Shown here: one piece after another, positions 55,680 to 64,000 of the stretch
How positions within the stretch are numbered: the first letter of the stretch is position 1
Layout: the number at the start of each line of letters is the position of its first letter
Virus record (IMG/VR): IMGVR_UViG_3300019776_000220
Span: 216-64,215 of that record
DNA from: a virus
Taxonomy: Duplodnaviria; Caudoviricetes
DNA length: 64,000 bases
Direction: 5' to 3' (one strand)
Translations under genes and position numbers: made by a program
Notes under the pieces: generated by a model
What the model was told of the DNA's origin: nothing
What the model saw: only the letters and a program-made list of their open reading frames with translations
Database searches by the model: none

Positions 55680-58600
55680 ATGGCAATAGGATTTAATATA
55701 CAATTTAGGATTAACGAAAAGACCTCTTCAAGAGTTATTCGCCTAACAGATGCCTCGTCAAATGGCGGAGGATTCACTTTTGGTAAGGGAAACTTCTCAA
55801 TTGTATTTCCTGATGGCTCAACAATTAATCATACCGACTTTCTTAGTCCAGATATTACTGCTATTGGAGGGTCTTATGATTTCCAATTGCCAACTGATAT
55901 ATATAATAATGTTCTTACAGGGCAGTATTCAGTAACTTATGTTGTTTTAAATAGTCTTGGTGTAGCCCAAACTCCTGTTGTTTTAACAATTCCTGATTTC
56001 AATTGGATAAAGCCAACCACAACTATTCAGAACAAATCGGATGTATTTATTCCAGAGGTTCAATTTTATGATGCAACATCATATACTCCTGTAGGAAATT
56101 TTGTTGGGTCATTATTCAGAACATTTTCTGTTCCGTATCCAACTAATTCAGAGGCTTATGGGCAAACAACTCCATCTGTTTCGTCTGCTACATTAACCCC
56201 ATCTTATGCATCCAAATATTACGAAGGTTTATATAATTTAAGCCTTGATGTAACAGTTAATTATACTCACGATACATATTCTTGGTTAAGTGTTTATTAC
56301 ACAAATTTAACTACTAAAACATACGATATCCGACAAGTTCCAACTCAAACTCAGTTGGTAACTAAATTGAATGCATTCCGTGCAGATGTAGATGCGTATA
56401 AAGAAAATAATGACACTCAATTCGAAATAATGAGTGAGAATTATGATATAGCTATCGCTCTATATTCTCATTTGATTGCTCGATTTGACACAAATACTCT
56501 TGATGGCTCACAACCATTACTCGAAGAATTATTATCTATTCTTGAGCCATACAATGGATTGTATACATATAAATCTACGCAATTAACCCCTTTTACATTA
56601 GGGATATCCCAAACTTCATACTTTACATTATCTGATGGCACAAATACTGACAACTTCCCTTTACAGAGCACATTATTATTTAGTTCGGGGAGTGCAGCAC
56701 TTGGTATACTTGTTACAAATAATACTGTAACATTTACTCCAAATTTTGGGACAACTAATGGAAAGTTTGCAGCAGGAGATGATTCAAGATTTCATAGTGC
56801 CGTTACATTAGGTACTGCTAATGGTCTTTCTTTGTCATCTCAGGCAATATCTCTTGCACTTGCTACTTCTGGTACATCTGGGGCAATGAGTGCCGCTGAT
56901 AAGGCAAAACTTGATGGTATAGCTACAGGTGCAACAGCTAACCTTGGAACAGTTACAAGCGTAGGTATTTCAATGCCAAGTGCATTTACGGTTACTAACT
57001 CTCCTGTAACAACAAGCGGTACTTTGACTATTGCAGGTGCGGGCACTTCTTTACAGTATATCAAAGGAGATGGTACTTTGGGAACGTTGAATACTGTATC
57101 AGTAGTTGAATCAACTAATTTATACTATACAGATTCAAGAGCTCGTGGTGCAATATCATTAACAACTACGGGTACAAGTGGAGCAGCAACTTATTCTTCT
57201 GCTACGGGTATTTTAAATATTCCACAATATCAAGGTGGGGTTACAAGTTTTAATACAAGAACAGGTGCGATTGTATTATCTTCTTCAGATGTTACTACTG
57301 CATTAACATTTACACCTGAAAATTCAAGTAATAAGGGTATTGCTGGGGGTTATGCTTCCTTAGATGGAACAGGAACAGTACCTGCTGCTCAACTACCATC
57401 ATATGTTGACGATGTTGTAGAATATGCAAATCTTGCATCTTTCCCAGCAACTGGTGTAACAGGTAAGATTTTTGTTGCACTCGATACTAATAAAATTTAC
57501 CGTTGGAGCGGCTCTACTTACATTGAAATAAATGCAAGTTCTGGTGGAGGCACTTGGGGGTCAATTACAGGAACATTGTCAAACCAAACTGATTTAGCAA
57601 CGGCTTTATCAGGGAAGCAGGGTACAATTACTCTTACAACAGTTGGCTCAACGGGAACTGCAACATTAATTGGGAATACATTAAATATTCCTAATTACTC
57701 TGGTGGTACGGGAACAGTTGGCACAATTAGTCGAAATGTTCAGAACTTTATTGCAACTGCGGGGCAAACTACATTTACAATTTCTGGCGGATACGCCGCT
57801 GGATATATTGATGTATTTGTTAACGGAGTTCGTTTAACATCTGTTGATTATGCAGCAGCTAATGGAACTACCGTTGTAATGACTGCTGGATTATTAGTTG
57901 GAGATATTGTTGATGTAATGGTATATACTGGAATTGCTCTCACGGGAACTGCTCCAATGTCATTTAATACAACAACAGGTGCGATATCAATCTCTCAAGC
58001 AACAACATCTACTAACGGATACTTATCATCTACGGATTGGAATACATTTAATAGCAAACAAGCTACAATATCTTTAACTACAACAGGTTCAAGTGGCTCT
58101 GCTACATTTATAACAAACACGCTTAACATTCCAACTTATACGTTATCAGGCTTAGGAGGTCAAGCATCGTCAACCAACTTAACGAGTTTATCAGGATTAA
58201 CTTATGTATCAGCTTCATTTGTTAAGATGACTGCTGCCAACACATTTAGTCTTGATACAAATACATATTACTTAGCAAGTAATCCTTCGGGATATACCAA
58301 TAATACGGGAACGGTTACATCTGTAGCAGCATTAACATTAGGTACAACAGGAACTGATTTAACATCTACTGTTGCCACAGGAACTACAACTCCAGTCATT
58401 ACTCTTAATGTACCATCTGCCTCAGCAACTAATCGAGGAGTATTAACTTCTGCTGATTGGTCAACTTTTAATAATAAGCAGGGTACAATTACTTTAACTA
58501 CAACAGGCTCAAGTGGGGCGGCTACATTTTCAACTAATACTCTTAATATTCCAAATTATACCCTTGCGGGGTTAGGCGGTCAAGCATCATCAACTAATTT

Positions 58601-60572
58601 AACAAGTTTAAGTGGTCTAACTTTTGTTTCTACATCATTCGTGAAGATGACTGCTGCGGGAACATTTGCATTAGATACAAATACTTACTACTTAGCTTCA
58701 AATCCAAGTGGTTATACTAATAATACAGGAACTGTAACTTCAGTCGCTGCTTTAACATTAGGTACAACAGGAACTGATTTATCAAGCACAGTTGCAACAG
58801 GTACTACCACTCCAGTAATTACGCTGAATGTTCCATCTGCCTCCGCTACAAATAGAGGAGTTTTAACTTCTACAGATTGGAGTACATTCAATGGAAAACA
58901 AGGGGCATTAACCCTTACTACTACAGGAACATCAGGAGCGGCTACATTGGTTGGGAATACTTTAAATATCCCTAATTATGCATCTGGAGGAGGTAGCGGA
59001 ACTGTAACAACGGTTTCAGTTGTATCCGCAAATGGTTTTGCTGGAACTGTTGCAACTGCAACATCAACACCTGCTATTACAATTTCAACTTCTATATCAG
59101 GAGTTCTTAAAGGTAATGGTACAGCAATATCAGCAGCAGTTGCTAATACTGATTACTTGGCTGTAAACAATCCTGTTTACACAGGAACATTAGGAACAGG
59201 TACATTATCCTATACTCCTGCTAACTTATTTCAGTATGCACAACAAGCTGCAAACTCTTATATACAAGCTGTATTCCAAAATACAAATGCTAACCCACAG
59301 GCATCCACAGACATTGTTGTAAATAATAACTTATCAACAGATACAACAAACTATGGAGACTTTGGTATTAATAGTTCTGGATTTACAGGTTCTGGCTCTT
59401 TAAATTTACCAAATGCTATATATTTAACTGCTACCACAGGCGATTTAGTATTAGGAACAACAACTGCAAATGCAGTTAGAATTGTCATTAATAGCGGAAC
59501 AACAGATGCTGCGATTATCAAAACAACATCACAATTACAATTACCAAGTTATACAACTACAACATCTTTTTCAGGAACAGTTGTTGGTTATTTAGCTTTT
59601 GATAGTAGCGGTAACGTAATAACAACAGCAGCCCCAACTGGTAGCGGTTCTCCTGCTGGTTCAACAGGTCAGCTACAGTATAATAATGCGGGAGCATTTG
59701 GTGGTGCATCAAACGTACAGATAAACTCCAATGGTCAATTATTATTAATAGATGCTGCAACACCTCCAACAACACCTGCCGCTGGAACAATGGTGTTATA
59801 TACAGAGAATCACGCTGGCAAAACATTGCCTTCGGTAATGTCTCCAACGGGAATTGACTATAACTTACAAGCGGCATTGTATGGTACTTCTACTTATATG
59901 TGGCTTGCATCTACGGGTACAACAGTTGCAATTAACTGGGGAACTTCATTTACAGCACTAAATGCTGGTACTGCCGCTGCTCAATCACATCCTACTAAGG
60001 CAAGTACAAGTGCAATTACTTCAATGAACCGTGCCAACTTTGGTACAGGTTCTACCGCTACAGGTTCTTCTGGAATTGTGTCAGCAGCCACGGTTGCTTG
60101 GCTTGGTAATGCAGCGGGATTGGGGGGTTTCTTGTTTTTTGCTCGTTTTGGAGTTGAGACTATATCTGGTACGCATCGTGTATTAGTTGGTTTATCAGCA
60201 AATACGGCAGCATTAGCAGCAGAACCTTCTACATTAGCAAATACAATTGCTCTTGGATATGATTCAACAGATACTACTTGGCAAGTAATTACAAGAAGTG
60301 CTACAACGTTGACTAAAACTAATACGGCAATTACAATTACTGCTGGGCAAATTCTTGATTTGTATATTCATTCTGCCCCAAATAGCCAATCTGTTCAATT
60401 CCATATTAAAAATGGAGCAACTGGTGCAGATTTATATGTTGGAACTGCGATTACGACAAATATTCCATCCAGTACAACATTCCTTTCAATGCAGGCTCAG
60501 ATACAATCTGCATCTGGAACAACGGCTAAATTGTTGGCACTTAATCGTATGTATCTTGAGACAGACATTTAA
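55680..60572 (+). CDS. large repetitive tail fibre or structural protein
   Basis: ATG at 55680 (MAIGFNIQF) preferred over GTG at 55629, which lies inside the terminator; T/S/G-rich 140-aa repeats; LPSYVDDVVEY motif; -7 box TATATTTG at 55664. Confidence 0.8.
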   Translation: MAIGFNIQFRINEKTSSRVIRLTDASSNGGGFTFGKGNFSIVFPDGSTINHTDFLSPDITAIGGSYDFQLPTDIYNNVLTGQYSVTYVVLNSLGVAQTPVVLTIPDFNWIKPTTTIQNKSDVFIPEVQFYDATSYTPVGNFVGSLFRTFSVPYPTNSEAYGQTTPSVSSATLTPSYASKYYEGLYNLSLDVTVNYTHDTYSWLSVYYTNLTTKTYDIRQVPTQTQLVTKLNAFRADVDAYKENNDTQFEIMSENYDIAIALYSHLIARFDTNTLDGSQPLLEELLSILEPYNGLYTYKSTQLTPFTLGISQTSYFTLSDGTNTDNFPLQSTLLFSSGSAALGILVTNNTVTFTPNFGTTNGKFAAGDDSRFHSAVTLGTANGLSLSSQAISLALATSGTSGAMSAADKAKLDGIATGATANLGTVTSVGISMPSAFTVTNSPVTTSGTLTIAGAGTSLQYIKGDGTLGTLNTVSVVESTNLYYTDSRARGAISLTTTGTSGAATYSSATGILNIPQYQGGVTSFNTRTGAIVLSSSDVTTALTFTPENSSNKGIAGGYASLDGTGTVPAAQLPSYVDDVVEYANLASFPATGVTGKIFVALDTNKIYRWSGSTYIEINASSGGGTWGSITGTLSNQTDLATALSGKQGTITLTTVGSTGTATLIGNTLNIPNYSGGTGTVGTISRNVQNFIATAGQTTFTISGGYAAGYIDVFVNGVRLTSVDYAAANGTTVVMTAGLLVGDIVDVMVYTGIALTGTAPMSFNTTTGAISISQATTSTNGYLSSTDWNTFNSKQATISLTTTGSSGSATFITNTLNIPTYTLSGLGGQASSTNLTSLSGLTYVSASFVKMTAANTFSLDTNTYYLASNPSGYTNNTGTVTSVAALTLGTTGTDLTSTVATGTTTPVITLNVPSASATNRGVLTSADWSTFNNKQGTITLTTTGSSGAATFSTNTLNIPNYTLAGLGGQASSTNLTSLSGLTFVSTSFVKMTAAGTFALDTNTYYLASNPSGYTNNTGTVTSVAALTLGTTGTDLSSTVATGTTTPVITLNVPSASATNRGVLTSTDWSTFNGKQGALTLTTTGTSGAATLVGNTLNIPNYASGGGSGTVTTVSVVSANGFAGTVATATSTPAITISTSISGVLKGNGTAISAAVANTDYLAVNNPVYTGTLGTGTLSYTPANLFQYAQQAANSYIQAVFQNTNANPQASTDIVVNNNLSTDTTNYGDFGINSSGFTGSGSLNLPNAIYLTATTGDLVLGTTTANAVRIVINSGTTDAAIIKTTSQLQLPSYTTTTSFSGTVVGYLAFDSSGNVITTAAPTGSGSPAGSTGQLQYNNAGAFGGASNVQINSNGQLLLIDAATPPTTPAAGTMVLYTENHAGKTLPSVMSPTGIDYNLQAALYGTSTYMWLASTGTTVAINWGTSFTALNAGTAAAQSHPTKASTSAITSMNRANFGTGSTATGSSGIVSAATVAWLGNAAGLGGFLFFARFGVETISGTHRVLVGLSANTAALAAEPSTLANTIALGYDSTDTTWQVITRSATTLTKTNTAITITAGQILDLYIHSAPNSQSVQFHIKNGATGADLYVGTAITTNIPSSTTFLSMQAQIQSASGTTAKLLALNRMYLETDI

Positions 60573-60574
60573 TT

Positions 60575-60787
60575 ATGGCACTTACAAAATACTATATCAT
60601 TCAAGATGCTACCAATGGGCAGTATTATACAGACAATCACGATAATGAATTGCCTGACAGATGGAGTTCAGATATTGGCGAAGCTCATAGATATTCGTTA
60701 ATTTCGGATGCTGAAACAGAATTGAATGTAGACGATTTTAGTACAACAGATTTTATTATTATAGAAATTGCAGTTAAAACAAGTTAA
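60575..60787 (+). CDS. small acidic protein, possible fibre chaperone
   Basis: 70 aa, between two fibre genes. Confidence 0.5.
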   Translation: MALTKYYIIQDATNGQYYTDNHDNELPDRWSSDIGEAHRYSLISDAETELNVDDFSTTDFIIIEIAVKTS

Positions 60788-60790
60788 TAG

Positions 60791-63700
60791 ATGAGCAATA
60801 ATACAAGATTAGCCGAATTGATGAATTACATCACAATTGATACCACATCGGGTAATCAGTTGCAGATGTCTGGCAGTATCAAGCAAACATCCGTAACATC
60901 TGCCTTATTGAAAGCAAGTTCTACGGGAGTTCTTGTTGCGGCTACTGCTGGCACAGATTATCTTACATCTGTTGGCATTTCAAATTTAACGGCTACAGGA
61001 ACACCTTCTGCTACAACATATTTGCGTGGAGATAATACTTGGGCTACTATTTCTGGAGGGGGAGGAGGTTCTCTTCCTGTAGGCGGAACTGCTGGGCAAA
61101 TTCTTTCTAAAATAGATGCAACTAATTATAATACTACTTGGATTGATAACTTTGCAAGTCAATTAAAGCACGATGTAAAATTAGGTGCTACATTAACAAA
61201 AGGAACTGCTGTATATGTATCAAGTGCGGATGGAACAAATATGGTTGTTACCGCTGCATCTAATACATCTGAGGCAACATCTTCTAAAACACTTGGGTTA
61301 TTAGAGACAGGTGGAGTTACAAATGACCCAGTAAAGGTAATTACGGAAGGTTTACTTTCTGGGCTTGATACATCTACTGCAACTGCTGGAGACCCCGTTT
61401 GGTTAGGCACAAATGGTGCTTTAATATTTGGTTTAGCAAATAAACCTGTAGCACCTGCTCACTTAGTATTTATCGGTATTGTTACTCGTGTGCAATCTAA
61501 TAATGGAGAAATATTTATTAAGCCTCAGAATGGGTTTGAGTTACACGAGCTTCATAATGTTTTAATAACATCTCTTGCAAACAATGAAGGATTATTCTAT
61601 GATTCGGCTACAAGTTTGTGGAAAAATAAATCGATTGCAACCGCACTTGGATATACACCATATAATGCAACAAATCCTAATAATTACATTGCATTAACTG
61701 CGTTATCATCTACTGCAACAGGGTTAACTTATACCAACACTACGGGAGTATTTAGTTTAACTTCTGGGTACTCAATTCCTACTACGGCATCACAAACTAA
61801 CTGGGATACTGCATATACGAATAGAATTACCTCATTAACTACTACGGGTAGTTCAGGGGCTTCGACTTTAATATCTAACGTATTAAATATCCCTAATTAT
61901 ACATTAGCAGGATTAGGAGGGCAAGCAAGTTCTGCTAACCTAACATCTTTGTCGGGGCTCACTTATGTATCAGCATCATTTGTAAAGATGACTGCTGCAA
62001 ATACATTTACCTTAGATACCGCTACATATCTTACCGCTAACCAAAGTATTACTTTATCGGGAGCTGTAGCAGGAAGCGGTACTACTGCAATTACTACAAC
62101 ACTTGCAAATAGCGTGGTAGGCATTGCTAACCTATCTGCTACAGGAACTCCTTCTGCTACTACATATCTAAGAGGTGACAATACTTGGGCAACTGTAGCT
62201 GGTGGAGGCGGCGGAACAGTTACATCCGTAGCTGCCTTAACATTAGGAACCACAGGAACAGACTTAACATCTACAGTTGCTACATCAACTACAACTCCTG
62301 TAATTACATTAAACGTACCGAATGCCTCCGCTACTGCAAGGGGGGCATTGACATCTACCGATTGGTCTACATTCAATAGTAAGCAAGGTGCAATTACTTT
62401 GACAACTACAGGCTCAAGCGGTGCTGCAACATTTGCTACAAATACTCTTAACATCCCAAATTATACATTAGCAGGATTAGGAGGGCAAGCATCGTCAACT
62501 AACTTGACCAGTTTATCAGGTTTAAGTTACGTCTCAGCATCATTCGTAAAGATGACCGCTGCGGGCACATTTTCTCTTGATACGACCACTTACTATGCTG
62601 CATCAAATCCAAGCGGTTACACGTCAAATACGGGTACTGTAACAAGCGTTGCTGCGTTAACATTAGGTACGACAGGAACTGATTTGTCAAGTTCGGTAGC
62701 AACAGGAACTACGACTCCTGTAATTACCCTAAACGTACCAACTGCATCGGCGGCGAATCGTGGAGCATTGAGTGCTGCTGATTGGTCTACATTTAACGGA
62801 AAGCAAACTGCAATTTCATTAACCACAACAGGTTCAAGTGGAGCAGCTACATTTGCAACAAATACGCTTAACATACCAAATTATACGTTAGCGGGATTAG
62901 GTGGTCAAGCATCGTCAACTAACTTGACGAGTTTGTCTGGATTGTCATTTGTTTCCACATCATTTGTTAAAATGACTGCGGCTGGAACATTTGCATTAGA
63001 TACAAATACTTATTATCTATCTTCTAACCCAAGTGGGTATACAAATAATACAGGAACAGTTACATCTGTTTCGGTTACAACTGCAAACGGAGTATCTGGC
63101 TCAGTAGCAACTTCTACAACAACTCCTGCAATCACATTGACTCTTGGGGCAATTACCCCTACAACAGTAAATGGATTAACCCTTGCTGCGGCAGTTACAG
63201 GATTTACAATAGCGGGTGGTTCTACAACATCTAAGACACTAACGATTTCAAATACGTTAACCTTAGCGGGAACAGATACATCTACTTTAAATATTGGGTC
63301 AGGGGGAACTTTGGGTTCAGCGGCATTCACCGCATCTACTGCATATCAGGCATCTAATACTAACTTATCATCCCTTGCGGGATTAAGTTTCGCATCAACA
63401 TCATTTGTTAAAATGACTGCTGCGGGTACGTTTGCTTTGGATACAAATACTTATTACCTATCAAGTAACCCAAGTGGTTACACAAACAATACGGGAACGG
63501 TAACGTCTGTTTCAGTTACAACCGCTAATGGTGTTTCTGGAACAGTTGCAACGTCTACTACAACTCCTGCAATAACATTATCTCTTGGGGCTATCACTCC
63601 AAGTACAGTCAATGGATTAACATTTACTGCTGCTGCTGCTGGATTTACAATTGCGGGTGGAACAACATCTAAAACGTTTACCGTATCTAATACACTTACA

Positions 63701-64000
63701 TTCTCAGGAACAGATACTGCAACGTTGAACATTGGAGGAGGTGGAACATTAGGGTCTGCTGCATTTACTGCATCTACTGCATACCAAGCGGCAAGCACGA
63801 ACTTAACTTCATTATCTGGCTTATCATTTGTCTCAACATCTTTTGTTAAGATGACTGCTGCTGGAACATTTGCCTTAGATACAAGTACATATTATTTAGC
63901 AAGCAACCCTTCGGGATATACTGCAAACTTGGGAACTGTTACTTCAGTTGCTGCTTTAACATTAGGTACAGCAGGAACTGACCTATCAAGTTCAGTTGCA
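60791..64000 (+). CDS. long repetitive tail fibre, 3' partial (absent from ORF track because there is no stop in the window)
   Basis: MSNNTRLAELMNY..., open for 1070 codons to the window end; 140-aa and 147-aa repeat units. Confidence 0.85.
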   Translation, partial: MSNNTRLAELMNYITIDTTSGNQLQMSGSIKQTSVTSALLKASSTGVLVAATAGTDYLTSVGISNLTATGTPSATTYLRGDNTWATISGGGGGSLPVGGTAGQILSKIDATNYNTTWIDNFASQLKHDVKLGATLTKGTAVYVSSADGTNMVVTAASNTSEATSSKTLGLLETGGVTNDPVKVITEGLLSGLDTSTATAGDPVWLGTNGALIFGLANKPVAPAHLVFIGIVTRVQSNNGEIFIKPQNGFELHELHNVLITSLANNEGLFYDSATSLWKNKSIATALGYTPYNATNPNNYIALTALSSTATGLTYTNTTGVFSLTSGYSIPTTASQTNWDTAYTNRITSLTTTGSSGASTLISNVLNIPNYTLAGLGGQASSANLTSLSGLTYVSASFVKMTAANTFTLDTATYLTANQSITLSGAVAGSGTTAITTTLANSVVGIANLSATGTPSATTYLRGDNTWATVAGGGGGTVTSVAALTLGTTGTDLTSTVATSTTTPVITLNVPNASATARGALTSTDWSTFNSKQGAITLTTTGSSGAATFATNTLNIPNYTLAGLGGQASSTNLTSLSGLSYVSASFVKMTAAGTFSLDTTTYYAASNPSGYTSNTGTVTSVAALTLGTTGTDLSSSVATGTTTPVITLNVPTASAANRGALSAADWSTFNGKQTAISLTTTGSSGAATFATNTLNIPNYTLAGLGGQASSTNLTSLSGLSFVSTSFVKMTAAGTFALDTNTYYLSSNPSGYTNNTGTVTSVSVTTANGVSGSVATSTTTPAITLTLGAITPTTVNGLTLAAAVTGFTIAGGSTTSKTLTISNTLTLAGTDTSTLNIGSGGTLGSAAFTASTAYQASNTNLSSLAGLSFASTSFVKMTAAGTFALDTNTYYLSSNPSGYTNNTGTVTSVSVTTANGVSGTVATSTTTPAITLSLGAITPSTVNGLTFTAAAAGFTIAGGTTSKTFTVSNTLTFSGTDTATLNIGGGGTLGSAAFTASTAYQAASTNLTSLSGLSFVSTSFVKMTAAGTFALDTSTYYLASNPSGYTANLGTVTSVAALTLGTAGTDLSSSVA

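Noticed and set aside
61159-63798. Several V/A/P-rich minus-strand ORFs (also 370..762, 2355..3323, 4143..4472, 56840..57064)
   Set aside because: Antisense shadows of T/G/S-rich fibre genes; their repeats mirror the + strand frame
1-64000. Stop-codon reassignment as in some crAss-like phages
   Set aside because: Long genes (2856, 1630 and 1233 aa) are intact in the standard code, and TAA, TGA and TAG all terminate genes; no suppressor tRNA seen

Overview
Near-complete genome of an AT-rich, podovirus-like tailed phage of a Bacteroidota host. Host assignment rests on repeated TAnnTTTG -7 promoter boxes and A-rich leaders lacking Shine-Dalgarno sequences. The + strand (46.4-64 kb, continuing at 1-28.4 kb) carries a crAss-related morphogenesis module: tandem GroES-like protein, putative TerS, TerL, portal, scaffold, major capsid, several highly repetitive tail fibres with S74 chaperone domains and adhesin tips, a lysis cassette, ring and muzzle proteins, three ejection proteins including a 2856-aa polyvalent protein, and a cluster of tiny basic proteins. 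The - strand (28.4-45.7 kb) carries early and middle genes: an amidoligase plus class II glutamine amidotransferase, a lambda-O-like initiator with iterons, DnaB helicase, exonuclease, SSB-like, RusA-like and HTH genes, and a tRNA-like element. I recognise no DNA polymerase, RNA polymerase or integrase. Most notable observations: (1) two terminator-proximal 3'-UTR segments antisense to the phage's own conserved translation-initiation leaders, a candidate sRNA timing cascade; (2) a second, inverted iteron/AT-rich origin-like cassette next to terS; (3) a three-hairpin leader/attenuator upstream of the initiator; (4) a tRNA-like RNA with a non-canonical anticodon loop; (5) codon-diversified fibre repeats. 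All calls come from reading the sequence by eye; no searches were run.
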